Assembly: GCA_003971905.1 (NCBI GenBank)
Contig: RSEE01000003.1
Span: forward strand, 868,001-932,000
Length of the DNA stretch: 64,000 nucleotides
Reading direction: 5' to 3'
From: Moniliella sp. 'wahieum'
Taxonomy: Eukaryota
The notes under the pieces were generated by a model that saw only the letters and a list, made by a program, of their open reading frames with translations, made no database searches and was not told the DNA's origin. Within the stretch, counting starts at the first letter, position 1, and every line of letters begins with the position of its first letter. The translations under genes and the position numbers were made by a program. This document shows positions 38,288 through 51,125 of this stretch, in pieces.

Positions 38288-38976
38288 GGCGATGGCGGCG
38301 ACCAAGAGCGTGCACGGGAGGGGTGGTGGTGGTGGCGGGGAGGGCACGGGGCCTGGAGCTTCATTCAGCCTGGAGCCTGAAGCCGGAAGCCGATCCTTAC
38401 GTGCGGAGCGCACCACCGAGCGAGCTGGCGAGCACCGGTGGGCTGCGCCTCGTAGAAAATACACGAGCACCCCTCGCACTGGAGCAGCGTCCGCTCCGCC
38501 ACCCCGTGCTGCAAGTGGAACTAGCTCGCATGCATGCATCATGCGTCACGCATCACACGTCACGCTTCTTGCCGCCGCCCCAAGCAAGGCTCGGGGGCTG
38601 TATCTCGCCGAGTCGGATCGCCTCGCTGCCTTTTTCGACCCCTCGGAGTTACAGGTTGCCATCCCACGCGTTGGACTTGGACAGCGTTGCAACCTCTGTG
38701 ACCCATGTGACCCTGCTCGCTGGTCGATGATCTGCATATCAATCTACACCCACCAACCACCGCCACCACTGTCACATGTCAGGCTTGCCACGGCACATGC
38801 GCGCCAATCGGGCAAGCGGTACGCACTTCTATCGATTGTACTGAGTCCCGAGGCAGACAGCTTCCTCCGCACCTAACCAGCAGCGGAGTGATCTCTCGCG
38901 CGTTCTAAAAGAAGAGCCGGCCAGGACGCTCCTACTATACAGACCAAAACTCATGGATGCGTATGGCATGGCGTTC

Positions 38977-40690
38977 TCAGCGACTCCACTGGCCCTTGAC
39001 GCCGGAAGCCGGCTTGGGCTTGTAGTGTCCCGCCTTCTTGTCCGGCCCCTTATATCCCTGCGCCGAGCCACCCTAGCCCGTTTGGCCTCTTGCGCCTCCT
39101 CTTCTTCCTCGGCGTCAGCATCAGCATTGCCCTCGCTCTTGCGCTTGGGGGGACCCTTGAGCGCCGCACCAACAGAAATGTTGACTTTGGGTGGCACCTT
39201 GAACCCAAATGCCCGCCCTACCTTGGCAAGGTCGAGCTGGTGCACGTCAAAGATGCGCTTGAGCGAGTAGGAGGCATACGCGGACAGGTAGGCTCGGTAG
39301 CCCTCCTTGGCGCTCTCGTGCAAAAAGTAGTTCTTGGAAATAAGTTTCTCCAGTTGGCCTTGGACGTTGGCAATCTTGTTGGGTGGGAAGGTGTACTCGT
39401 TAAGCGGCACCTTGGCCAGCTTGAGGAAACGGAGGAAGCCCAGCTCCGATGGAAGAAGGAACAGAGGGATTTGCCGGCCTTACCCGCACGTGCCGTACGT
39501 CCGACGCGATGAATGTAGTCGCGCGGATCGTCAGGAGGATCGAACTGAATGATCCAATCGACCTTGGGGATATCGAGCCCCCGCGCTGCTACGTCTGTAC
39601 ACAGCAAAATGCCTTCGGGAGCATTGCAAAACTCGAAAAAGGTGTTGGTCCGCTTCTGCTGTTTCTGCTTGCCGTGCAGATCAAGCACAGGCACGTCAAT
39701 GTAATTGAGCAGCTCGGCGTGGTACTTGACGCTGTTGCAAGACGACATGAAACAATAGCTTCTTTCCCTTGTTCTTTTTCAAAAACGTAAAGAGCAGCAG
39801 GAAACGCTTGTCGCTATCGCATACCACGTAACCCTGCTCCAGGCCCGTCACGGTTGAAGCCAACTTGTCGGCGTGGACATTGATGTACAGCGGGCCAGGA
39901 CGCAGCGAAATGCGAGCCAAGTCCTGCACTTTGGTTGTCTGGGTCGCCGAAAAGAGCATCGTCTGCCGGTTTTCTGAGGCAAGACGGAGAAGGGCGTCAG
40001 TTTCAAGTGGGGATTGAACGTGTAAGGAGGAGAGTAACGTACCACTGGGAAGCAGATTGATAATCTGACGCATTTCGTCCTCAAACCCAATCTCGAGAAT
40101 GCGGTCGGCCTCGTCAATAACAAGTGCCTTGAGGTTGGACACGACGAAGCCCTTGGTATTCCTCAAATGATCCAGCAACCGCCCGGGGGTTGCAATGATC
40201 AGGTTGAGACCTTTTGTAACTTATCGGCCTCCTGTTTTCGGTTCGCACCGCCCATGATGATCCCAAACGTTTGGCTTAGGCCCCGCGGCCCATAATCTCC
40301 TTGGCCACACCAAAAATTTGCAGCGCCAGCTCACGGGTTGGCGAGAGGATGATGGCGCCCGTCCCATTACGGGGCTTGAACTTGAGCCGGTGCAACAGCT
40401 CAATGGCGGGAACAAGAAAGGCAAGTGTCTTTCCCACTGCCAGTCTGCGCTGCTCCCAATACGTCCCGCCCAGCCAGAAGCGGAGGGATGCAGCGCGATT
40501 GCACTTCCGTCATGGTCTTGAAACCCATCGCGTCCAACCCCTTGGCCGTGGCAGGCGTCAAATCGAGCGTGGAAAATGGAGGTCGCTCCTCGGAGGACTT
40601 TTCCCCCGTACTAGAGCTGCCCTGTTGACGTTCGTCCTCGGCAACATCGGCGGCCAGCTGGGCGGCCAATTGCTTCTCAGCGCTGTCCAT
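38977..40690 (-). CDS. HAS1: ATP-dependent DEAD-box RNA helicase HAS1 (DDX18)
   Basis: MTEVQ Q-motif, [92 protein letters not shown]-terminal QWSR*. Intron 39974-40042. Confidence 0.95.
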
Positions 40691-43468
40691 CTTGTTGCTG
40701 GTGGTGGGTGCAACGTCACGCTGGAGACTTGGTCCAGCTAAAGAAAATTAAAAGGGCTGGTCTCAGGTGCATTTTTTTGCACCGATGCACCACGAGAAAG
40801 GCTGAGCGCTGGCACATGACGGGTCACGTGCCACACTTGTCATGCCACATGTCACGTGTCACGATGGCGTAGCCAGCCGAACTTGAAGTTTCAAATATCC
40901 CACTATCGGCGCCATATCGGCTGGCGCTGGTCTTTACTATCTTCGCTACTGCACTTTTTTGCGGCTATATACATGCACCTGCTTCTATAACTAGGGGTGG
41001 TCCTCCGCACGAGTACTTGTACGCTGTCCACTAGTCACTAATGTTGGAGTGTGGTGGCATGTGGCACTTGATCAGCCATGTCGCTGTTGGCAAGCGGAAC
41101 TATCTACAGAGTTCATCCACGACTCTCGCCCGCTCTGGATTGGTTACCGTCGCGCCTCGTTCCCCTCCTTCCTCTTCTCCCTGTTGCATTCGAGGTCGAA
41201 CTAACGTGAGTAGCTTACGAGAAACAGTGCATTCGTCTTTAGCTGGTAAGGTAGCTACTTCTCAGTTGATGGACAACCGCGGTTCTGGGCTCTCTTCATT
41301 GGTGTGACCGATTTATCGCGCTCACCCATTGATCTCTCTCCAGTCTAGAGCTTCCCCCTATAGCCCTCATTCTTTCAACTAGTAGCTGGTACTGCGTCTG
41401 CTGTTGGCCTCGGAAACACATCCAAACGGACTCTGCAGCGGTGGCAGAGGAGAAGGGTGTGTATACTATAGCGTTTGACATATATATATGGCGTCTCTCT
41501 TCTCGGAGACAAAGGGCACGCCAGGGAAAACACCCTATAGGCGAAAATGAAGAAGCCATCAGTAGCATGATGTGGCGCTGTTCCCGGGCGACTCCGGAAA
41601 CTTGCATCGCATAGGAAGAAGGGGTAAGTCCGTGGGACTCCTTGCTGAAAGAGACAGAGTGTGGCACCCACTTTGAAGCATGTGTGGGCGTATATAGCTG
41701 TGGAGGGAGTAGTGTTCCATTGCACAATATAGTATTTGGCACCAAACGGAAGACGGATCGGAGAGAAACGAGACGGAGAATACGTGTGGTGTAGTAGGTA
41801 AGGTTCATGCGGGAGATACTTGAAGGCCACACTGGAGACTACAGGGACTGTCGGCGTCACGAAGATGTTATGCATTATGGGGGGTGGCGCGGGACACTTC
41901 TCTCATGGCTCTCGGCGGGCGAGGTTGAGGCGAGTGCCACTGGAAATGCCACGTATTTCCCAAAAGTGCCCTGATTCATGAGCAGAGTTTGCCTTCAAGT
42001 TGGGAGCCTTGCTATGTGCACTCCGGTGAACGTTAAAGGAGGGACTGGAAGAACTGAGGGATGGGTGGGCTTGCTCCACTTCGGTCTGGCAAATCACAGG
42101 CATCACGGTTTTTTCACATGCCCACATAGCGCGTCCACACAAAGATGGCGTGCGTGACAGAGCACACAGTGTAGTGTTCGCGAGTAAGTACTAAGTCAAC
42201 ATTGGAAGGATACTAGGAAGATCAGGCCGGTTAGATACCGGTCAGGCAAGATTGGTCCAGACCGTAGAGTACTGTGCGTCCCTTCCCCAATTTAGTGGCG
42301 ATCACAAGTAGAGATCTCTTGGTCCAGAGGGGTAAGCCGCAGGCTCTGATCTTTTCTGTCTAAGATCTAATGAGATCTGAGATCTGAGAGCACTTCAATA
42401 TTCAATGCAGCCACTTTTAACCACCACAATCATTCAAAGAACATCACAATGTGGGGAGATGCAGTTTTAACGTCAGATTTTGCAGATTCGGCTGTGCTCT
42501 AGCAAGCGCCGATTACATGTTACAAAGAGGACGATCATCAATCATCCCCCACACAGTATCACGGGGAGCACCCAAGGTCCGTTTTTTCGCCTCCGTCATA
42601 TGAAGAAGACTAGTAATATATGCAAGCTGCAGACACCACAGAACCCATAAAACTGTTAAGAATATGTCGGTGCCAATGCCGGACCGTAGCCTGATGGTGG
42701 TCCCCCCGTGGAGTTTATAGGAGGAGTATCTCAGCGAACAAAGGTCCGAACTGCGACAGTTACGTATACTTTAACTGGGTTTGGTGGTGAATCCGAGCGG
42801 GAATACGAAAAGAGAGGTCAAAAAAGAGGACTCGGACTATGGACTCCGCCAGGGGCTCGCGCGCTCATGATCACCTCCCGGTCCGTCTTGGGGGAACAGT
42901 TTGTACAGTGTGGCGGAAAAGACCTTGTTGTGGCGATGGCTCTCAGATCTCATCGTCATTCACATGCCCACTTTTTCACACGACCTTTTTGTTTGGAAAT
43001 GAGAGAATGGCGTGAGCCAAGAGAGAGGGTGTTGATATCTGTGTGTGCTGTTGGCGACGGAACGTCATTAAGATAATTGACATCCTGATCAGTGGGAGGG
43101 CGAAAGCTGACAGCAGACGCCGGATGAGCGACCCTAGTTTAGCAGAGTGAGCGATGGGCATCTTCGTCCCGGCGCTGTGGAGATTTTGCAGTAGATATGG
43201 TGCAGCTCTCCTCGTTTCGATCTTCTCAGACACCTCATTCATTGCCCGTAGTCGACGATAGAGAGGTGCGGTGTTGTACCTTCGCGGGGTAGTAACCACG
43301 CACAATGTATTATCAGGCCTCAGAGGCCTCAGATCTCAGATCTCAGAGCTTCACTTCCATGTTTTGTTCTCCGCGAGAGGCTGTTTTGTCAACGCTGGCA
43401 GAGCACATGTCAGCCGCTCAACAGCCCACCAGGTTCATATACCAACTGCGTTGATGGTATGTGCCATG

Positions 43469-43510
43469 TGCATGATGCATGATGCATGAACGTTGAACGT
43501 TGAACGTTCA
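43469..43510. repeat. Heptamer array (TGCA-TGA)x3 followed in phase by (ACGT-TGA)x2-ACGT-TCA
   Basis: Read directly. Confidence 0.9.
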
Positions 43511-44920
43511 AGTTGGACATCGACCGCATGCAGAAGACGCCCAAAACGGGGGGGGTGCCAAGGTTGATTGGATTCTAGGGGTGGGTGGGGGTAGGGAAGT
43601 CGGAAGGGTCAAATCTGAAAGCACGACTGTACAGCGGCGCCCCTCTCCACAGCCTTCCCCAGCTCGAAGGCTCAAACGTTCAAAAACGTCAAGCATCAAG
43701 TGCGTGGCCTGTTTCATGATGCATGATGGCATCATGATCGACATGATTGTGTGCGTTCCAGTGCGATGATGATCGATGATCAATGATAGGTTGGCGGACG
43801 GCGGCACAATCGACCACTATGCACTATTGCAAGTTGCCGTTTTTGCCTCCTCCTTGGTCTTGTGTCAGACAGGCACGCAAGCTTGAAGCTTGAGGCTTGA
43901 CTCCCCTAGTGCTGGGCATCGATTTGCCAAGAAAACGCGTGTACACTGCTCAGATGCCAGGCGTAGCCATGTGATGCATGTGACCTGTAACCCGGGTGCA
44001 CGTGACCAGCACCTCCAAGTACCTGCCCCCCCCCCTTTGACATTTGTGCAAATACGCTGCTGGCTCCTGTGTGGGTGGGGCTGTGGGATGTGGGCGCTCA
44101 GAATGTGAGGTCATTGACATTGACATGTTGGCATCATCCGCCATCTACCGGCCCTACTCCCTTCCTGTGATTGTCATGCCATCTAGTCAACAGCCTCTAA
44201 TGCAGCATTTTCACAATATTCCGCTCTGGCGCAAATCATGCGTTTTGCCATTGGTGACTAGGGTTTACAGTCTTGGCAAACGACGAGCTTACAGGTGGCA
44301 TCTTGGCGCAAGGCATCTCGGCAAAGTGTTTGTGTGCGTCTGAAAAAGTCGGTGGACGGCGCTCTGCGGCAGTCTTCCTCTTCCCTCCTTCCTACCCCAC
44401 ATGCTCCTCTCGGTTCCGGTGTGTGATAGATGGCGTTCGCTCCGTAGCTGTTGTGATCGATGATCGGAACGATGATCGATGCGACGATCTTTTCAGCTCC
44501 GAACGGGGGGGCGCAATTTGGGCAGGCACGCGGGCAGGATGTAGCTGCGAGATGCCCTGGGATGCTGTACTGGGATGTCTGCCGACCCATTTTTGTCGAT
44601 GAAGGTAGTCAACATTGAGTTCAACCTAGTCAGCACAGGCAGTTGCTAGTCAGATCCCAGATCCATTAATTGCCGTATATGGCCAGAGGTAACCAGGGTA
44701 CTAAGTACTAACCGGACTATAACTGCGGGAAGTAGAAGGCCGGTAACCGGGACACGGGATCCGCGTGTGCCGATGAGGTCGATGATCGATGTCGACGGGT
44801 CTTAAGCAGGTCGAACGAGGGTGCGTGCAGATCCTTAATGACAGGTGACATATGCGACAATCCAGGCCGTTTGAGGGGGGTTGGGGTGGCACTCTCAATG
44901 TGGTAATCGATAAATGATCA

Positions 44921-46305
44921 TGTTGACTGTGATCCTCTGGCTCCCAGTCGGTAGACCAGGTTCGCCTCGGTTCCATCGGCTTCCACGCTGACGTCCCTGC
45001 GTGTCACTGTCCCTGTGCCCTGCACTCTCTCCTGTGTGACTCACTGTCCCTGTGCCTAGTCCAGCCTCCTATATAGTGCTCTGTACCCAGACCCAACTCT
45101 GGCTCCAATCCATCACCTTCTCCTCATCCTTCTGCCCGTCCGGCTCCCTAGGCCAACAGAGCTACAATCTGATCCCCCCGGAAGGGGAGCGCTCTTCAAG
45201 CAAGCCCACCCCCAAGCCTACAAGCCCAAGCTAAGCGCCGCCAAGCCCACAAGACACACCTCCTCCCGCCCAACAACACCACCGCCACAATCGGCACCTT
45301 ACCGCCACAATCGGCATACTACCGCCACAATCGGCATACTACCGCCACAATCGGCACACTCGTCCCCCACAGATGGGGCAATGATTTTTAGGGACAACAC
45401 ACGACGGAACAAAACGTGTGGGTATCGTCAACGAGACGAAATTCCTCCAACGACAAAACGGCGCAGGCGAATCGCAGAAAGCGGGGGTGGCTGCTCATCA
45501 AGTGCCCCACCCACGGCTACACGCCCCGGATTGCCAATTCATCCGGGGCACCTGGGGAAAGGATGGGGGGGGTGGTCACCCAACTTCTTCCACTCCCTTT
45601 TTCAAAACAAAGAGAACCCAAACAGATCAAGACGGTTGACGCATAGCGCCCGTTCATTTCCCATGCCCAATGGACCCCACTGGCACCAGGCATGCGGAAC
45701 CAAACAACTACCCAAACGCATCCAATTTTGATGCCAAACGACCTTGGACCGCATTTACTCCAAGTTTCCAATTTTCTTTCACTACACCTATAACTGGTGC
45801 TTTTTACTTTTGCCCACAAATCGCTTCGGGGCGCAACCCCTACACTTTTACTTCTAAGACTTCTACAAGCATCTGGCGGTCGCACAATACACCAACCACA
45901 AGCGCTCGGCTCGTTCAGTGTCATCCTGGACAGCGGGGTGTAGGCCAGTGTGGCCATGCAACTCCAGGCCATTCGTCCGGTTGCCACTCAAGTCCTCCCC
46001 TCTCTACATCCACTGGCAGGAGCTCATCCCACAACCGATGTCTCCGGGTTCCCTGGCCAGCGGGGGTGTTGACTGTGATCCTCTGGCTCCCAGTCGGTAG
46101 ACCAGGTTCGCCTCGGTTCCATCGGCTTCCACGCTGACGTCCCTGCGTGTCACTGTCCCTGTGCCCTGCACTCTCTCCTGTGTGACTCACTGTCCCTGTG
46201 CCTAGTCCAGCCTCCTATATAGATGCCTCTGTACCCAGACCCAACTCTGGCTCCAATCCATCACCTTCTCCTCATCCTTCTGCCCGTCCGGCTCCCTAGG
46301 CCACA
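44921..46305 (+). mobile_element. Non-autonomous miniature LTR retrotransposon (TRIM-like), copy 2
   Basis: LTRs at 44921-45158 and 46067-46305 with TG..CA ends. TSD GATCA at 44916-44920 and 46306-46310. PPT-like GGCCAGCGGGGG at 46055-46066. Near-identical reverse complement of 20367-21759. Confidence 0.93.
45281..45360 (+). repeat. 4 x 20-bp tandem repeat inside LTR element copy 2
   Basis: ACCGCCACAATCGGCA + (CCTT, TACT, TACT, CACT). Confidence 0.92.
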
Positions 46306-46816
46306 GATCATGTGATGAAAGAGTGATGAACTTCAGGCCTGAGCGCCTGAGCCTCAGGCTTCAGGCAGGCCTTATATACTGAGTAAAAGAGAATTCGGGT
46401 GTGCTTTTGCATGCTGTGTGCAGATGGGATGGGTCGTTGAAAAGGGGGAAGGTGATCGTCACTACGTCACCTTCTTGAGACGGGTTGAAAGCCAAGAAAG
46501 GACTGAAATGTTTGCTGTTGGTTCTACCTACGGCCACATATGCATCCCCCTCGAAAAATTCGGATGTGATGATGATCGTGTGACCATATGCAGCACATCA
46601 ATCAAAGATGTACATTGGCCAACCCCCTTTTTTTTCTTCCGAAGATAGCATGTCGAAGTTAGTACACAGCAACATCCCTTCAGGAAGGACATTGCCTGGT
46701 CCAAACGTGTATATAGTCTACAGGGCTCCACCCACATGCCATTCTCCTCATCCCCACCTGCACACTTGGCCTCCTCCCTCCTTTGCCTTTGTCGCCTCTC
46801 TTTCCTCTCGTTCACC

Positions 46817-47299
46817 ATGCAGTTCTCTACCGCTTTCGTTACTGTGGCCGCCGCTGCCGCCTTCGTTTCCGCTGCTGTTATCCCTAAGGTTGACAACCGT
46901 GACGTTGAGGTTGTTCGTCGTGACTGGGGCATCAAGAACATTTTCACTCAGGGCTCCCTCACCTGGTACGCTGGCGAGTCCCTTGCCGCCCTTCTTGCGG
47001 TGGCCCTGCCCCCAACGACTCGGACCTGGTTGTCGCCGTCGCGTCCGACTCTCCCTTCTCGTGCAACGAGTGGGTCCATCTGTATGTTTCCCCCTTCTTG
47101 TTCCCCGCCAACCGTTTCCGTACTGACACACTGTCCGCTTGTTAGCCACTACAACGGCAAGATGATCCCTGCGCAAGTGCGGGACACTTGCGAGGGCTGC
47201 GGCCCGCTCCACTTGGACGCCACCAAGGGCGTGTTCCAGGCTCTCGACCTGCTTGATGTCGGTGTCCTGAGCGACGTGCACGTTGTCTCTTTCTTCTAA
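46817..47299 (+). CDS. Small secreted RlpA-like double-psi beta-barrel (expansin/barwin-like) protein
   Basis: Signal peptide MQFSTAFVTVAAAAAFVSAA, then GSLTWY..CGG..DSDLVVAV..C and HYNGKMIPAQVRDTCEGCGPLHLDATKGVFQAL. Intron 47082-47145. TATA-like TATATA near 46710. Confidence 0.82.
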   Translation: MQFSTAFVTVAAAAAFVSAAVIPKVDNRDVEVVRRDWGIKNIFTQGSLTWYAGESLAALLAVALPPTTRTWLSPSRPTLPSRATSGSICMFPPSCSPPTVSVLTHCPLVSHYNGKMIPAQVRDTCEGCGPLHLDATKGVFQALDLLDVGVLSDVHVVSFF

Positions 47300-50200
47300 G
47301 CTGAGACTTTTTCGTTTACATACCGCGTCCGGGTTCCTTTTCGGTTCTTCCTTGAGCTGAAGCATAACTGCTGGCTTTATCTTTTGCGTCTGGGGCCCTT
47401 CCCCTCTCTGGCATTTCCACCGAGAGGCAACAAAAGGGCTTCTTGGGCATTGCTTCGCGCTGCCCTTGAACCCCCCTACCTTTTGTATACTATGATTCGG
47501 TCTGGTGTTGACCGTATTGGTTTAAACAGTCCATTGTGCACATGCCTTCTCTTCTGTGCCGATTGAATGGGTATTATTCTTGCGACATGTATACTTTCTT
47601 TATAGTCCCTTTCTTTATAGTCCCCTTTTTCGCACACACTTCTGTTGAGTAAAGGAATGGGCACTGCTCTGGCTTTTCTCCCTCTCTTCTCTGTCGTATA
47701 ATTTCCTCTGCTGTGTGATATGTGAAGCCTACATCATATCCCTCATTCCCCTAGGGTTGTATGCGCTAAACTGAACAACAACGCATGCTAAATTCAGCAG
47801 AAAAATGGGATCCAAGTATCCGCCTTGCCTTTGTACTGTCGGCCATGACTCGATGTACCTTGCATATGCCATGGCTTGCTATACTATGGATCCTATGACA
47901 GAGGTCAAAGGTAGAAACCAAGATCAATTCATAGTCGAGACAGACCAAACAAGTATACAAAACAAACACAACAGACTGCTTTGCAACAACGAGATCTCAG
48001 CAAAAGGAACATTATGAAGGCCCGCCATGGTCGCATGGGCTCATCGGTACGATGCTTTGTGCCCATTGCACCCAGTCTTCCCAGAACCCTTCCTGCTGCG
48101 CCCGACTACGCAGCGTCAGCGCCTTTGAGAGCATGGGATGGTGTGCATTACTCTTTGCCGCTCTGGAAAGTGCCCTGCATTCATCTGTTTATATTTCCTG
48201 CCATAAGACACTTGAGGACTGATTCCTTCTGTTATATATAAGTAGCCGTGTCTCTAAGGCTTGCTAGCTGTGGTCCTGGTCGACCATCATGTCTTCGGTC
48301 TCCCGACTCCCCGGTCCTCTCTCGCCCTTCCACCTTCTACCGCCCTTATGCTTATGAATTTACGACTTACGTTGAGTACGCTACAAGCCGGGGTTGCTTT
48401 TATCATAGTGCTTGCTCTTCTTTAGGACTCTGTCTGTTCCCGCCTACTACAGCGTACCGAGTGTGGTAACGCTGCGAGGAACAGAGTAACTTCGGAGCTC
48501 CTAGACCCCTTCAACTGGTCTGACGACTTACGTACGCGGCTCCAACCTCGGAGGGTCTGAGCTGCATCTCGGCCTTTGCACACAGGGAGCCGCCCAAAGA
48601 AGTGGGTTCCTCCCTCGTCTCTAACCCTCTCAGTTCAATCAGCATCTGAAGCAGGACCTAACGTACGAGATACCGATTGGCCTGTCCAAGGGTTTATACC
48701 CCCCTAAACTACAGGGGGGGTCCCACCTCGGAACTCCCCCATGACAGACGAGAGGCACCTCGCCCTCTGCTCGACCGGCACACGGCGACGGGGCATTGGA
48801 GCGACAGAGATGCCGATGAGGCAACCGCATCAGCACCACACACATCGTCGTCGTACGATACACTGGAACGTTCATCGTTCTATACCTGATGACCCCTGGA
48901 GTCCTGATGGTCCTCGAGGGTGATGCAATCGCACTGGTGGTGGTGGTGGTGTGGCAACCAGCAATACCTACTGAGGAACATCAAGCAGCGAGTCGCCATC
49001 AGGGGCTATGCGGGGGGACAAGGAGGGAAAACAGGAGAGGGGAAACAGCGGAACTCCTATTAGGCCTGAGGAGGAACTGAAGGGACATTGGCCAAAGCAC
49101 GAGCCAACCCTATAGCTCAACATTACCATGCTAAGCGCTAACCCTCCCCCCATCCGCTGAACGTGAAGACGCGGCTTGACTATAATGTGTTGGGCATACC
49201 GCAAAGTCCCTTCCGACTGTGTTTTTACCGCTCCACCGTCGCAACCTGGGGATGTGACGATGACCATCCCGAGTATACCGCATTCGCTTTCAACAGCCAC
49301 ACAGGAGCGCTGAAGCGCATGTGCGTTTATACTCTCTGACTGCCAAAAGCCTCTTTTTCAGTTTATTGACGATGCATGGAGAACAGTACCTAGTAACTAG
49401 TAAACCCGCGCTATCCGTTATCAACCACCGCTTTGCCACCACAAAACGTGTGGCATATGACGTTGACCACATCAGGGTCCGTTCAGGCCGCAGGGACCAC
49501 CGTCCGTGCGGTTGTGTCCCTTCAAGCTTCAAGCTTCACCCCTTACTAGTTACTCGTTGGGTAAAAGCAAAAATTATAGGCGTTTCAGTACTATAGGCCC
49601 TGCGCCTCTCGACTAATATTCTCGCTGCCTTCAATCGGCTGCTGCTCACATGTCACACCGTTTGCTGTAGTATAGGAGTTTTGTGCTTCTCCACAGGCGA
49701 GCGAAGCAAAGACGACCACCCCTTTTGGCGTGCCGTTGATAGAGGTGACGAACCTATATAGATCCTATATTTCATACAACCTAGGACGACTCCTTGGGCT
49801 TGACCGGTGACCCTTCACCAGCAAAAGATCATCGAGATTGACGCAGCCGCGAGCTTCTGCGGCTGCGTCTATAGAATGAGGTTAACGAGGGAGGCGCATA
49901 GGTAAAGCTTATACTATTACTATATAGAACGGCAAAATGGGGCATATAGGAATGGCATATAGGAAAACGCTTTATCGCCCACACACTATATATATTGGTC
50001 TCGCTCGGCCGGAATTTTGTTGCAACGAGGACAAATGACTTGCCTATCGTGTGGTGTACCTCTGCCTGCAGTGAGGCGCGCGTGGCCACATATACGTCCC
50101 CTGCAGCTGCTCTCCCCCCGCAATCGATCGTTTGATATGCGTTTCGCTCCTGTTGTGTCTCTATATACGCTTTTTCAGAGTGTACAATCCATTACTTTCT

Positions 50201-51125
50201 CGCGGCTACCTAAAGCATGGCCAGCATAGGTGAACGTGTGGACGCGGTAGTCCAACACGGACAATCTCAGGCATGCATCTTTTGACACGGGGGGGTGTCG
50301 ACAGAGCTTGTTGCGCTTGGCCAGGGAGCGCTAAGTTGGCCTTATCGATCATCCACCGTTTGAACGAAGGGCATTAGGCGGTGACATTGACACCCGCTCA
50401 CGTCCTGCATAGACTGGGTACGCTACACATCACCCTTGCTCTTGCGGCGTGGAGAAGCACTGTTCCCGAGCGCGTCCTGCGACCCTTATGATATGCAGCG
50501 TGTCCGGCGGCCTTCGCAGGGGCTAGTTTGATGTTGATGACGACGATGGGGCCGTGCCCAACACTTGCCCATCTGCTGCATGTATGTAAGTGTGGCGTAC
50601 GGTGGAGGATGGGAGGACTGGATGGATGGGGTGCGCAAGGGATGGGAGAGCCGTCTGCCTGTCTGCGATGGGAGTGTGATTGCGGGGACGGCGGGGGCAG
50701 AGGGGCAGCTGCGCCGGGCGTCTGCGGTGTCCGTCTGCAGTGTCCCGCCATGCGTGCGGCGCTAATAAGCAATAAGCAGGCTGCAGTGAGGGCGATGGGT
50801 GATGGGATACTGCGCTGGCTCTCTTCGCGCTGCGACGCATCCAAGACATACATGCTCAGGAGGTCCGGCGACGCAGCCGAGCGCCCAGCTGGGAGGCCAG
50901 CAGCCCCACACGCAGCGCTCGTCAGGGGGCATCCGGAGCACAACATCCCTCCTCCCTCGTCCATCCGCACCATCATCGCCATCGCCACTGCCCCCCCCGC
51001 CCTCCCTCACCCTCACCACCCTCACCACCACCACGCCCCCCCGCCCGCACACCAGTTCGCTCTGCTGCACTGCTCCTGCGTGCTGCCTCTGCATCTGAGC
51101 TCTGAGCCGCCGCCACGCCGCCGCC

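Noticed and set aside
37803..38876. Long Gly/Arg-rich ORFs here and at 7514-8421, 31102-31869 and 54890-55642
   Set aside because: Antisense to Pro-rich or GC-rich coding regions; long stop-free frames are expected at this GC content.
38977..40690. HAS1 and other frameshifted genes as pseudogenes
   Set aside because: Motifs are intact and single-base shifts occur in almost all genes, which fits sequencing error better than decay.
40740..40800. RRPE/PAC-like ribosome-biogenesis motifs upstream of HAS1
   Set aside because: Only loose A/T tracts; no convincing match to the known consensus motifs.
20367..46305. The two element copies as a segmental or assembly duplication
   Set aside because: Similarity ends exactly at the LTR termini and each copy has a different, perfect 5-bp TSD.
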